From assembly GCA_964567665.1 (NCBI GenBank), contig CAZMNN010000009.1:902-64901 (forward strand): DNA of 64,000 bases. Reading direction: 5' to 3'. The notes beneath the pieces were generated by a model. That model had not been told where the DNA came from and did not search any database. It saw nothing but the letters and a program-made list of their open reading frames with translations. The translations under genes and the position numbers were made by a program. Source of the DNA: an uncultured Lentisphaeraceae bacterium. GTDB taxonomy: Bacteria > Verrucomicrobiota > Kiritimatiellia > RFP12 > UBA1067. Position 1 is the stretch's first letter; every line of letters starts with the position of its first letter. Shown piece by piece: positions 18,510 to 29,400 of the stretch.

Positions 18510-18603
18510 TATTAACCAACGTGAATGTTGTGCCAGAGCAGTTGTGCAATGTTGCGCCGGGATTCTGATCGCAATGCGCAGATGCCACAAACGTAGCGGT
18601 TTG

Positions 18604-18612
18604 TGGTAAAAT
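18604..18612 (+). promoter_or_regulatory. putative extended -10 (TGgTAAAAT) for the ABC ATPase gene, implying a very short leader
   Basis: The element ends 12 nt before the ATG at 18625. Confidence 0.35.
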
Positions 18613-18624
18613 GCTCCCCCAGTT

Positions 18625-19647
18625 ATGGCGGCAGTTGTTTTCGACAGGGTCTGCAAAGTGTATTCGCGGGGAGACGCCCCTGCGGTTGACGGCTTTTCGC
18701 TTGAAATAGCGGATGGCGAGTTCGTAGTGCTGGTAGGCCCGTCCGGGTGCGGGAAGTCCACCACGCTGCGTATGGTCGCCGGGCTTGAGCTGCCGACATC
18801 CGGCAGCATATCCATTGCCGGACGCGACGTTACGGCACTGCCGCCGAAAGACCGGGACATAGCGATGGTCTTCCAGAACTATGCGCTGTATCCGCACATG
18901 ACGGTGCGCGAGAACCTTTCCTTTGCGCTGAAGCTGCGCCATGTGCCGAAGAGGGAGATTGCGCAGCGGGCCGATGCGGCGGCGGAGACGCTTGGGCTTA
19001 CGCCGTATATGGATCGTCTGCCAAAGGCGCTGTCCGGCGGACAGCGCCAGCGCGTCGCGCTTGGCCGGGCGATTGTGCGCAATCCGAGCGTATTCCTCTT
19101 CGACGAGCCGCTTTCCAACCTTGACGCCAAGATGCGCGTCGAAATGCGCGCCGAGATTGTTCGTCTGCACCGCAGGCTCGGATCCACGATGATATATGTG
19201 ACGCATGACCAGACAGAGGCCATGACGATGGGGACGCGCATCGTCGTGATGAACGGAGGGCGCATACAGCAGGCCGCCGCTCCGATGGACGTGTATCGGC
19301 ACCCCGCCAACACGTTTGTGGCCTCGTTCATCGGAACGCCGCCGATGAACCTCTTCCCGCCAGGAATGCTGGATCTTGGCCGCACGGTCGGAGTTCGTCC
19401 GGAAGACATCGCGATAGTGAGGTGCGCTCAAGCAAACGCATCCGGGGAGACCGCCGGCATTCCGGCGACAGTCGATCTTGTGGAGCCGCTCGGAAGCGAA
19501 ACGCTTGTGCATTGCGTAACGGCGGAACGCGGCGTCAAGGTCACTGTGCGTGTCTCCGACAGGGATGGAGATTCGTTCGTCGCGTCCGGCGGAGATGCGG
19601 TCGTGCTCGTGCCGGACATGAGAAAGGCGATCGTCTTTGAGCGCTGA
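18625..19647 (+). CDS. ABC transporter ATP-binding protein, MalK/UgpC/MsiK-like sugar importer ATPase with a C-terminal TOBE domain
   Basis: Walker [10 protein letters not shown], signature [14 protein letters not shown], Walker [11 protein letters not shown], plus a C-terminal regulatory domain. Confidence 0.85.
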   Translation: MAAVVFDRVCKVYSRGDAPAVDGFSLEIADGEFVVLVGPSGCGKSTTLRMVAGLELPTSGSISIAGRDVTALPPKDRDIAMVFQNYALYPHMTVRENLSFALKLRHVPKREIAQRADAAAETLGLTPYMDRLPKALSGGQRQRVALGRAIVRNPSVFLFDEPLSNLDAKMRVEMRAEIVRLHRRLGSTMIYVTHDQTEAMTMGTRIVVMNGGRIQQAAAPMDVYRHPANTFVASFIGTPPMNLFPPGMLDLGRTVGVRPEDIAIVRCAQANASGETAGIPATVDLVEPLGSETLVHCVTAERGVKVTVRVSDRDGDSFVASGGDAVVLVPDMRKAIVFER

Positions 19648-19700
19648 CGGTTAGATGCCGGACGCACGAGATATGCGAATGCAAGAAAGGATTGAATGAC

Positions 19701-20519
19701 ATGGACGTACGTTGTTTTGACAAGGCCGCCGACTTTCTTCCGGACGAGTGCTTCAAATTGCCGCCTGACATCGCGATTGTGCTTGGGAGCGGCTGGGGGG
19801 ACGCCCTGAAGAAGGACAGGACGCTTTGCCGCATCTCCTATGCGGACATCCCCGGCATGGGCGAGACGACCGTCGTGGGGCACACGGGTGAGTTCATCCT
19901 GTACGAATACTGCGGGAAGCGCATCGTCGCGTTCTCTGGGCGTCGCCACTGGTACGAGGGTGTGGGCTGGGAGGCGGTCGTCATGCCGGTTGAGCTTGTC
20001 CGCAGGATGGGTGGAGAGACGCTGCTTCTCACGAATGCCTCTGGCGGAATCAACCCTGCGCTGCGTCCCGGCGATTTCGTCATCGTGAAGGATCACATAA
20101 ACACAATCTCGCTAAATCCGCTCATCGGACCTACTGTCGAGGGGTGGGGCGTGAGGTTTCCGGACATGACGGAAGTGTACGACAGGCATTGCCGCAGCGT
20201 CCTGATGGGGGCGGCGCATCGTCTCGGTCAGCGTGTGATGGAGGGCGTGTACGCATTCACGAGCGGGCCTGTCTACGAAACGCCGGCCGAGATACGCGCA
20301 TACGACCACATGGGGGCGGACATCGTAGGCATGAGCACCGTCCCGGAGGCAGTGTTCGCGAAGGCGTGCGGAATGCGCATTGCCGGGCTTTCGCTCGTAT
20401 CGAACTACGCGGCAGGCATATCATCGCATCCGCTCGCGCACGACGGGGTCATTGCCGCGTCAACGGCGGCGAAGCCGATGATGTCGGCGCTGCTTGACGA
20501 ATTCATCAGAACGATATAA
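19701..20519 (+). CDS. punA: purine nucleoside phosphorylase (PunA/PNP-MTAP trimeric family)
   Basis: LTNASGGIN, GPTVEGWGVRFPDMTEVYD and GMSTVPEAVFA align closely with B. subtilis PunA. Confidence 0.85.
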   Translation: MDVRCFDKAADFLPDECFKLPPDIAIVLGSGWGDALKKDRTLCRISYADIPGMGETTVVGHTGEFILYEYCGKRIVAFSGRRHWYEGVGWEAVVMPVELVRRMGGETLLLTNASGGINPALRPGDFVIVKDHINTISLNPLIGPTVEGWGVRFPDMTEVYDRHCRSVLMGAAHRLGQRVMEGVYAFTSGPVYETPAEIRAYDHMGADIVGMSTVPEAVFAKACGMRIAGLSLVSNYAAGISSHPLAHDGVIAASTAAKPMMSALLDEFIRTI

Positions 20520-20550
20520 AGACAAAGAACATTAAAGGAGGAGATTCATC

Positions 20551-21987
20551 ATGGCCATATTGATTGACAGAAGAGGATTTCTCGGCGGTGCGGCTGCGCT
20601 GCTCGGTGCGAGCGGATGCCGTTCGCTGGGCATAGGCGGCCCCACCCCAAATCTCGTCTTTGGCGTGATAAGCGACATTCACGTCACCACACCGGAATCC
20701 ACAGATGTGTTCCGGAGCATACTTGGATATTTCCGTGACCGCAAGGTGGATGCCGTTGTCGTGGCGGGCGATTTGACCGACTGGGGGCTTAAGAGCAGCC
20801 TCAAGTACGTGTCTGATGCGTGGGAAAGCGTGTTTCCGAACGGCGTTGCGCCTGACGGGCGCAAGGTGGAGCGTCTTTTCTGCACCGGAAACCACGACTA
20901 CGAAGGATGGCGGTACGGCGACATGACGCTCGACATGCACTCGCTCGGATACTCCGAGGACGAGGCGCTTGTGAAGCTTGGCATGAGAAGGTGCTGGGAG
21001 GAGATCTTCAACGAGCCGTTTGCAGCTGTGCGCCGCCGCACGGTGAAGGGCTACGACTTCATCTGCGCCGAATGGGATGGCTGGGACAAGGAGGCGGATG
21101 CCTGGTTCGCGAAGAACGGTTCGTCGCTCGACAAGAAAAAGCCGTTCTTCTTCTTCACGCACTGTCCGATCGGCGGAACGACGTCAAGCAGCGTCCGGGA
21201 CGACGGAAGCCCGCTGTATCCGCAGATCCCATCGCTTTCCGGGATGCCGAACGCAGTCGCGTTCACGGGGCACAGCCACTGGACGCTCAATGACGAGCGT
21301 TCCATCTGGCAGGATGGATTTACGTCCATTTCCGTGCCGTCCACGTCCTACACCACGGTTCCGCGTGGCTACGAAAACGGTGAAGATTCACGCGACGGAA
21401 CGTCCCGCCGGTCGATGGGGGTGCTTCCTGCCCGCAGGAATCTTGAACGGGCGCAGGGATTCGTCGTTTCGGTGTTCGACGACAGGATGGAGGTGGAGCG
21501 CCGGGACTTCGCGAAGGGCGTGGAGGCCGCACCTGCGTGGATTGTCACTCCACCAGCCGCCGGTGCGAGCAGGTACGCTTTCGCCAATTCGAGCAAGCGC
21601 ACTCCGGTGCCGCAGTTCCCCGCCGGCGCCGCACTGAAAGCCTACACGAGAAACTTCGAGACGCGGAGCTGCCGCTGGACGATAATGATGATGCTTGAGT
21701 TCCCGTCCGCCCGCGCCTTGAAGGGACGCGTCTACGACTATGAGGTCAGGATCGAGATGGAGGATGGGTCTGTTGCGGGCGTGAAGCGTTTCCTCGCCCC
21801 TGCGTTCTACATGCTTGAGCGCGAGGAGCCGGCCGTGCAGCACTTCGCGGTAGACGCGATGTCTCTTCCTGAACACGGCAAGTACCGTTTTCGCGTATAT
21901 CCGCGCAACTGCTTCGGCGTGTGCGGAAAGCCGATCGAATCTGCCGTCTTTGAAAGCAAGCCCGGAAAGGCGAAGGTGCGGTCGTGA
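20551..21987 (+). CDS. Tat-secreted (possibly lipoprotein) calcineurin-like metallophosphoesterase with a C-terminal beta-sandwich domain
   Basis: Twin-arginine motif DRRGFLGGAAALLGASGC, where ASGC is a possible lipobox. GDLTD and GNHDYE motifs. RBS AGGAGG. Confidence 0.7.
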   Translation: MAILIDRRGFLGGAAALLGASGCRSLGIGGPTPNLVFGVISDIHVTTPESTDVFRSILGYFRDRKVDAVVVAGDLTDWGLKSSLKYVSDAWESVFPNGVAPDGRKVERLFCTGNHDYEGWRYGDMTLDMHSLGYSEDEALVKLGMRRCWEEIFNEPFAAVRRRTVKGYDFICAEWDGWDKEADAWFAKNGSSLDKKKPFFFFTHCPIGGTTSSSVRDDGSPLYPQIPSLSGMPNAVAFTGHSHWTLNDERSIWQDGFTSISVPSTSYTTVPRGYENGEDSRDGTSRRSMGVLPARRNLERAQGFVVSVFDDRMEVERRDFAKGVEAAPAWIVTPPAAGASRYAFANSSKRTPVPQFPAGAALKAYTRNFETRSCRWTIMMMLEFPSARALKGRVYDYEVRIEMEDGSVAGVKRFLAPAFYMLEREEPAVQHFAVDAMSLPEHGKYRFRVYPRNCFGVCGKPIESAVFESKPGKAKVRS

Positions 21988-22460
21988 AGGGCATCGTTCG
22001 GGTTTTTGCGCTTGCGGCCGCGCTTGCGGCGACCTCCGCGTCTGCCGCAGACGAGGAGGAGTTCGATTTCGACCGCTGGTACGCCGGGGCGTCATGTTCG
22101 CTTGTGCTGCCGCAGGGCGGCGGCGGAATGCGCCGTCTCGGCGGCGGAACGGCGCGCATCGGCTACTACTGCACGGAGACTCTCGCCGTCGAGGCAGATG
22201 CCGCATGGCTTGAGGACTGCGCCGGAATCGGCGTTCAGGGGCTGTGGCATTTCTACGGCTACGAACGCTTCGACCCGTTTGCGACTTTTGGCGTGCGCGG
22301 ATGGATAGATGGCGACGTTGGCCCCACGGCAGGGCTTGGCGCGTTCTACCATCTCACCGACTCCTGGTCGCTCCGGGCTGACGCCCAGGCGACGCTCGGC
22401 ATCGACGGCGACTGCTCGATGGTCTATTCGCTTGGGGTCGGAGTGCAGTACAGCTGGTAG
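21984..22460 (+). CDS. small outer-membrane beta-barrel protein
   Basis: Signal peptide MKGIVRVFALAAALAATSASA, alternating amphipathic strands, and a C-terminal aromatic ...VQYSW. The GTG overlaps the upstream stop (GTGA). Confidence 0.5.
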   Translation: MKGIVRVFALAAALAATSASAADEEEFDFDRWYAGASCSLVLPQGGGGMRRLGGGTARIGYYCTETLAVEADAAWLEDCAGIGVQGLWHFYGYERFDPFATFGVRGWIDGDVGPTAGLGAFYHLTDSWSLRADAQATLGIDGDCSMVYSLGVGVQYSW

Positions 22461-22522
22461 CAGACTGCCAGGGCGGCAACGGAGAACGCGGGCCGTCTGT
22501 CAAGGAAAACGCAAGATGGCTG

Positions 22523-23908
22523 ATGGTGACTATGAAAGAGATTTCAGACGGAAAGCCGAACTCGAAAGAATCGGACGAATACTTCGCGCTGCTAAGGTTC
22601 CCGACCGTCGGTGCGGATCCGATGCATCTGCGCGACTGCGTCCAGTGCGCGATGTGGTTGAAGGGATGGCTCGAAGAGATCGGGGCTGACGTCGAGTTGC
22701 TGCTGCCTGAGGATGGCGGCCTTTCCGCCACTCCACCTGTGGTGTTCGCGGAGCGGACAGGGGACGAAGGCGCGCCTACAGTGCTTTTCTATGGACATTA
22801 CGACGTGCAGCCGCCGGATCCTGTCGAGGAGTGGAACACGCCGCCGTTCGAGCCGACTGAAAAGGATGGCCGCGTCTACTGCCGTGGAGCGCAGGACGAC
22901 AAAGGGCAGTTCTTTTCGTTCCTGTGCGGTCTGCGGGATTTCCTCGCTTCACATCACGGAGCGATGCCGACACTGAAGTTCGTCCTTGAAGGGCAGGAGG
23001 AGAGCGGAAGCGCGGCTGTCGCGAAAGTCGCCGCCAGGATCGGGGATAGGCTTCGCGCCGACATTCTGCTTGTGAGCGACACCGGCGCGGCGGCGGATCT
23101 GCGGCCGGCGATCGTTGCCGGACTGCGCGGCGTGAGCCATTTCACGGTGAACCTGACGGCTGCGGACTGCGATCTCCATTCCGGACGCTATGGCGGAATC
23201 GTGCCTAATGCGGCGCAAGGCATTGCCGAACTGATGGCGTCGCTCCACAATCCGGACGGTTCGATAGCGGTGCGAGGATTCTGCGACGGCATTGTGCCGC
23301 CGACCGACGACGAGCTTGCATTGGCGGAGGCATCCGCCATGGACGATGCCGCATACGAGAGGGAGACAGGAGTCGCCCCGGTCGGCGGCGAACGCGGACT
23401 GTCGGTGACGGAGCGGAATTCCTTCCGTCCGACGATTGAGGTTAACGGCATACATTCCGGATATGGCGGGCCAGGCTCAAAGACAGTGATTCCTTGTTCA
23501 GCGACGGCGAAGCTTTCGATGCGCCTTGTTCCCGGACAGAACCCCAACGACTGTTTTGAGCTTGTCGTCCGGCATCTTCGGCAACATCTCCCGATGGGCA
23601 TGAAGATGACGGTAGACGAAATTACCGGCGAGGCGCCGGCGATGAGGCTACCGCTAAAGAGTCCGGTGTTCCGGTTGGCGGCGGACGTGCTCGGCGAAAT
23701 CGACAGACGCGGTGCGGTGTTTCAGTGGGATGGAGCATCAATACCGATCGTCTCCACCCTCGCCCGCATCTCCGGGGCGGCTCCGCTTCTTGTGGGGTTC
23801 GGGCAGGGCGAGGACAGGATACACTCCCCGAACGAATCATTCTCATGGCGTCAGTTCTCGCTTTGCCGCCGTTGGGCGCATGGCATCCTGTCGGCGCTGT
23901 GCGGATAG
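22523..23908 (+). CDS. M20-family metallopeptidase/dipeptidase (ArgE/DapE/CPG2-like)
   Basis: Shows the FYGHYDVQP and GAQDDKG motifs typical of M20 enzymes, plus an internal dimerisation-domain-sized segment. Confidence 0.8.
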   Translation: MVTMKEISDGKPNSKESDEYFALLRFPTVGADPMHLRDCVQCAMWLKGWLEEIGADVELLLPEDGGLSATPPVVFAERTGDEGAPTVLFYGHYDVQPPDPVEEWNTPPFEPTEKDGRVYCRGAQDDKGQFFSFLCGLRDFLASHHGAMPTLKFVLEGQEESGSAAVAKVAARIGDRLRADILLVSDTGAAADLRPAIVAGLRGVSHFTVNLTAADCDLHSGRYGGIVPNAAQGIAELMASLHNPDGSIAVRGFCDGIVPPTDDELALAEASAMDDAAYERETGVAPVGGERGLSVTERNSFRPTIEVNGIHSGYGGPGSKTVIPCSATAKLSMRLVPGQNPNDCFELVVRHLRQHLPMGMKMTVDEITGEAPAMRLPLKSPVFRLAADVLGEIDRRGAVFQWDGASIPIVSTLARISGAAPLLVGFGQGEDRIHSPNESFSWRQFSLCRRWAHGILSALCG

Positions 23909-24022
23909 AATGCCGCTTATGCTATAATTCCCCCTTCCAACAAAAGGAGCAGAATGCACAGGCAGATGCCGCTGTCGGAGATTTGAGCGGCCGGGCGGCG
24001 TGGTGAGGTGCATGGAGCGCAA

Positions 24023-26005
24023 ATGGCCAAGGTAAAGTACAGAAAAGAGTTTTTCGATCGCGATTACACCGTGCGCGAGGCGTACAGGCGCGTGTGGAAG
24101 TACGTCAGAAAATACAGGTTCAGGCTTATCGTCGGGATATGCAGCGGAATGCTCACGGCGGGGACGCTCGTGCCGTTTTTCCAGATTGTCCAGCCGGCGC
24201 TGCAGCATGTCGAATCGCACGACAGCGGGATCGAGGCCTCAAAGGTGGAGCGGACGGTTGAAGTGCCGCAGACGGACCGCCATGGCGATGACGCCGCAAA
24301 GGCGAAGCCAGGCAACGTCTTTGAGAGGCAGATAGCGAAAAACTCCAAACTGCCGAGCTGGTATCCGAAGGTCGAAAGGCTTGCTGCGAAGGTCGGCATC
24401 AAACTTCAGGACGAGAACGGGAGCATGGGCGGCGCCCTCGCGCTCATCGTCTGCGTGATTGTGCCGCTTGTGGCTGTGATGCGCCTTGGACTGATGTACC
24501 TGAACAACTACTGTCTCAGCTGGTCTGGCGCTCACGCAGTGGCGGATCTGCGGCAGGAGATGCTTGAACACGTGCAGAGGCAGTCCCTGCAGTTTTTCGG
24601 GCGTGTCGATGTAGGACAGCTGATGTCCCGCATATCCGGGGATCCTCAACAGATCCAGACGATAATGACGGCCATTCTCACCGAAGTCGCGCTTGCGCCG
24701 TTCGAGATACTTGTGGCGTTCGGCTTCATAATATGGTTCGCCGTCTCCAACCATATGCTTCCCACGCTGATGCTCATCCTCATTGGTTTCCCGCTTTTCG
24801 TGCTTCCGGTGCAGATGCTTGGGCGGAAGATAAAGAAGTGGGCGCGGAAATCCCTTGAACGCGGCTCGATGATTGGCGCGAAGATACACGAGATACTCAC
24901 GTGCATCCGAGTGGTGAAAAGCTACCACACTGAGGAGTACGAAAACCGCAGCTACGCCGCGACGAACAGGTATCTTCTCAAGTCCACAATGCGCGGGCTG
25001 CGCATCGGGCTGATGGTTGGGCCGTCGGTGGAGACGGTGGGCATACTTTTGATATGCGCATTTGTCGTGTGGTGCTTCATGACGGGCGTAAAGATTTCCG
25101 ATGTGGTTCCGATGCTTGCGCCGCTCCTTGTGATCTACAAACCGGTGAAGCAGCTTTCAAAGCTGCAGGTGCAGGTCGAGAACTCTCTTGCCGCGCTGAG
25201 CCGAATCTATTCCGTCCTGGATCTCCACATGGAGCTTCCGGAAAAGGCCGATGCAGCAGTAAAGGCGAACTTTACGGACAGGATATGCTTCTCTGACGTG
25301 TCTTTCAGGTACGACACGGCCGATTGCGACGCAGTGTCGCACGTTTCGTTCGAGATTCCTCGCGGAAAGATGGTTGCGGTCGTAGGCGGCACCGGCAGCG
25401 GCAAATCGACGGTGAGCGGACTGCTCGCCCGGTTCTACGATCCGCGTGAGGGGCGTGTCACGATGGACGGCATAGATCTGCGGGATATGCGCATCTCCGA
25501 TCTGCGCAGCCTTGTCGGCGCGGTCATGCAGGAGACGCTGCTCTTCAACGATACGATAGAGGCTAACATCCGCTACGGCACTCCTGATGCGACGCATGAG
25601 CAGGTCGTATCCGCCGCGAAGATGGCGAACGCGCATGAATTTATCATGTCGCAGCCGGAGGGGTACGGGCGCATCGTAGGCGAAAAGGGCTTTGCGCTCT
25701 CCGGCGGCGAGCGGCAGCGCATAGCGATTGCGCGCGCGATACTGCGCAATCCGCCGATACTCATTCTTGACGAGGCGACGTCCGCGCTCGACACGGTGAC
25801 AGAGCGGCTTGTGCAGGATGCGCTGAACAACCTGATGAAGAACCGCACAACGTTCGCAATCGCCCATCGCCTTTCCACGATCAGGAACGCAGACATGATA
25901 CTTGTGATGCGGGAGGGGCGCATTGTCGAACGCGGCACCCACTCCGAGCTGTACGGCGCAAACGGTGTCTACCGCAAACTCTGCGATATGCAGCACCAAT
26001 CCTGA
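24023..26005 (+). CDS. ABC exporter (fused permease-ATPase, MsbA-like) with a ~100-aa insertion after TM1
   Basis: Six predicted TM helices. C-terminal NBD with GGTGSGKST, LSGGERQRIAIARA and ILILDEATSALD. The ATG at 24023 has GGAG 5 nt upstream. Confidence 0.85.
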   Translation: MAKVKYRKEFFDRDYTVREAYRRVWKYVRKYRFRLIVGICSGMLTAGTLVPFFQIVQPALQHVESHDSGIEASKVERTVEVPQTDRHGDDAAKAKPGNVFERQIAKNSKLPSWYPKVERLAAKVGIKLQDENGSMGGALALIVCVIVPLVAVMRLGLMYLNNYCLSWSGAHAVADLRQEMLEHVQRQSLQFFGRVDVGQLMSRISGDPQQIQTIMTAILTEVALAPFEILVAFGFIIWFAVSNHMLPTLMLILIGFPLFVLPVQMLGRKIKKWARKSLERGSMIGAKIHEILTCIRVVKSYHTEEYENRSYAATNRYLLKSTMRGLRIGLMVGPSVETVGILLICAFVVWCFMTGVKISDVVPMLAPLLVIYKPVKQLSKLQVQVENSLAALSRIYSVLDLHMELPEKADAAVKANFTDRICFSDVSFRYDTADCDAVSHVSFEIPRGKMVAVVGGTGSGKSTVSGLLARFYDPREGRVTMDGIDLRDMRISDLRSLVGAVMQETLLFNDTIEANIRYGTPDATHEQVVSAAKMANAHEFIMSQPEGYGRIVGEKGFALSGGERQRIAIARAILRNPPILILDEATSALDTVTERLVQDALNNLMKNRTTFAIAHRLSTIRNADMILVMREGRIVERGTHSELYGANGVYRKLCDMQHQS

Positions 26006-26216
26006 TGGACATTGTGGACATGGCGGATTTCTGCGCGGATTCGTTTGCGGCAGATCGCAGACGTTCTGTCGCCGCATTGGAATCGATGGTCGGCTGAATC
26101 GCAGGCATACGCAGTCTCTTCATCAAGGGATTTCAGGTGGATTGAGTTGATTCAGTCTGCCTTGCGTTTTTGGGCTGTCCGCATGGGCCACCGTGCAGGT
26201 GACGACTGTTGCCCTC

Positions 26217-26269
26217 CCCAACTCCGAAACTCCCGGTGGCGAAAGCAACAATACCTCTACGGCATCTGT
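26217..26269. repeat. dispersed fragment of the 6.6-8.0 kb repeat family
   Basis: gaaactcccggtggcgaaagcaacaatacctctacggcatctg is about 85% identical to 7393-7435. Nearby, gcgtttttgggctg (26164-26178) resembles core positions 6663-6680. Confidence 0.5.
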
Positions 26270-26436
26270 TCGCAGACGATCTCTTCGAGGGTGTGCAGTG
26301 GACGCGCTCCGCGTTCCTTCAGTCGAATTTTCACTTGGCGCAACGTGAAAACCGCGATGTCGCCCTTTGTGATTTTCTTGCCAGAAAAATCGGGGTATCT
26401 CCAACGATGCACCCCCTTGAAAAAAAAAAACACATT

Positions 26437-26445
26437 TGCTATACT
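26437..26445 (+). promoter_or_regulatory. putative extended -10 (TGcTATACT) promoter for the large secreted protein gene
   Basis: It follows an A11 tract. GGAGG lies 5 nt before the ATG at 26494. Confidence 0.35.
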
Positions 26446-26493
26446 TGTTGGCACTTAATTGTTGATCACTGATTTAACTCAACGGAGGTGTCC

Positions 26494-29400
26494 ATGACAG
26501 GCAAGGAATCTGTTTCAGCCATGACAGGCAGAGTGTCTGTTTCGACAGGCAGGAAATATGTTTCGGCGGTTTTGCTTCTTTTCGCAATTGCGTCAATGTC
26601 GGCATCGGCGGCCGATGTCGTATGGACGGGGGAAAGTGACAGCGTTTGGACGAATGCCGCAAACTGGGCTGGCGGCGTAGTCCCCTCCGGAGAAGATACG
26701 GCGGTGTTTGCCCCAGCCGGTGATATAGCCGTAAGCGTGAGGGATGGCGACAGGTTCCCGAAGACAATCAAGGTTGCGTCAGGATCGGTCTCGCTCGTCC
26801 TGCATTCCACGACATTTGCCTATCTGTCGTTCGGGAACAATGCGGAGGGAATCATTGATGTCGCCGAGGGCGCTGTGTTCTCGAATGCGTATGCGAGGAT
26901 AGAGAAAAAGAATCTCAGCATAGTCAAGCGAGGCAAGGGCAAATGGGTCAACAGGAATCAGATGGGCTGTGATGGCGACCCATCTTTCAGTCAGCTTGTC
27001 TCCATGAAGGTTGAGGAGGGGACGTTGGAGCTTTCAGGAAGAACCGGCAACATAAAGGCCGCGAAATTTTCCGTGGACGGCGATGCCAGATTCGTCGTTT
27101 CTGAAGGCAGCACCATCACCACCGCCAGTGACGGCGGCGTTTCGCTCGTCATAGACGGCGAGATGGAACTTGTCAATGCGAACACGCTCCGCGTAGCCAC
27201 GATGACAGGCTCAGGGCGAATTGTGGGTCTCGGCAAAGACAACCCAATCAGGTTTGAAAATCCTGACGGATGCAGCGCCTCCGTATCCATTCTCGGGAAT
27301 TGTCCTGTGTATTCCGGGCACGGATCGGTAACGGGTGCAGTGACGGTTGCAGATTTACGTAAGAGCGGCGGCGACATCAGGCTTTCCGCTCCATTCACGA
27401 TTCTGGACGGTGACGCAAGCCTCAATTTCGATTCGTTCCTTTTCTACAGACCTGTTCCGCTTGTGATTGAAGGTGGGCTTATGACAGCCAATCGTGGGCT
27501 TCCGGCCGCTGCAAACAGGTTGAGGTCTGCTCCAATTCCGAATGGTTGTCTCTTAAGGGGTGAAAACGGAAGCATCACGTGTCAAGTGCATGTCGTCCAG
27601 AACGGCGGCACCCTGTATCACGGCGAGTACTGGCGGGATGGGGAAAAACAGCACAACTCGCTTGCGAATCGGTATGACCTGAACGGTGGCACACTTGTGA
27701 TATCGACGGCGCAACGGTTGCGGCCGCACCTGCTGGCCACAACAGAAAGCCCCAGCGTATATTCGCTGAACGGCGGTCGCCTCGCCGTGGATGCCACAAG
27801 GGGTATGATAAGGAACGGAATCTTGAACGAGGCGGACGAAGATTCAGGAAGGACATATATTGAAGTGGGCGAGAAAGGCGGCTCTTTTGGGGGAGCACAT
27901 GTGGATGAGAAGGCTTTGCCGTGGGTGAGGTTCAACTGGCCGATGGTTGCAAAGACAGGCGTTTCCGATGGCGGCATATCCATCGAAGACGGTGTTGAAT
28001 ATGTCTTCTCCAAGCCGGTCGGCATATCCGGTGGCATACGTGTGAATGACGGCGGACTTGCTCTTGATTCCGCCGCCGACACAGAATCTGCTCCGTCCTT
28101 TTTCGGAACGGGGGCGATCACGCTGCACAATGCACCGCTCTCGTTTGTGTCATGCACGGAGGACAAGGGTCTTGAAATCGGCGAACTGCGGTTCGATGGG
28201 GCGGCATATATTCGCCTTCGCCGTGGCGGAATGAACGAGAACGGGATGTCGTGGTCGGCTTCATGCGCCGCGCAGACGCTGACGATCGGTTCAATCGTGC
28301 GCGGCGGCCTGGGTTCCGCTCTGTTCGTGACCGACGGAATATCGTCTTCGCTTGGTGAGACTGGTTCATCGAAGGTGATGGTGACTTCCGTCCCGGACAT
28401 GAGAGCGTCCGGCGTTCTGGACATTCCCATATTTGGCGTACGCCAGTATTCGCTCGACTTCATGACGTACAGTTCAGACGCCGGACTGATTCCATATGCG
28501 GGATATGTTGATGTCGGTGAAGCGACTACGGCGGAGACAATTGCTTCGGCGTCGGACAGCTTCACCATTGCGATCGGCGCAGAGAAGACTGTCGGCGGTT
28601 TCCGCTTCTGCGGAGAGTGGAAGACCGCCTATGTGAACGGACTGCTAAACGTCCGGGGAACGCGGACGATCCTTCTTCAGAACAGGTGCAATCTGATGGG
28701 TGCCGGTACGGTAGACTTTGGGGATGGAGAGGGCCTGATAGTGTTCGGTCCCAGCACAGATATGGCATGGAACTCCACTATATCGGCGTCGATAACCGGC
28801 TCCGGAGGGATCTCGTTCGCTTCAACTCCGGATTGCAACTATGGGCGGCGGCGCATTTCGCTTTCCGGTGCGAACGGCTGGACGGGCGGAACGCGCATCA
28901 ACTCGGTTCGCCTCGAACTGGCGAATGAATCCGCACTTGGCGGCGGCGATGTGATCGTGGGCGGAGGAACGCGCAACGGCGGGCGGTTGGCCTTCAATGC
29001 GCCGGGCGCGACGTTCGACAACAATTTCACCGTTTCCGGAAGCGGTTGCCGCGATACGCACTGGGATGGATTCAGCGGTGGAGCAATGGAGTTCATGGCG
29101 GACACTGCGATTTCGGGTGACGTTGAGCTTGCAGGGCATTCGCGGTGGACGGCTCCGACGCCGAACGTGACGGCTGTCGTGTCCGGTCAGGTTTCCGGCG
29201 ATTCGCTTGAGATAGTCTCCACGAATGTCGCTGCTGCCGGCACAATCAGATTCGACGGATGCAACAGCTATACAGGCGGCACTGAGGTTGTGCGCTCCGT
29301 CTTTGCGCTCAGCAAGGGCGATGGAGCCGGAACCGGGCCGATGCTGCTCGACAATTCGGTTCTTGTGTTCAATAACGTGGATCCGATAACAGTTGAGAAT

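Noticed and set aside
18462-18860. N-terminal 133-aa extension of gyrA in the track ORF 15849..18860
   Set aside because: Alignment places the true start at MSEEEK (18461). The extension overlaps the divergent promoter region and the 5' end of the ABC ATPase gene.
26449-26464. Sigma-54 promoter TGGCAC-ttaat-TGTTG upstream of the 26494 gene
   Set aside because: The -12 element lacks the GC dinucleotide. The sequence sits at the predicted transcription start of the TGcTATACT promoter, so it is more likely leader sequence.
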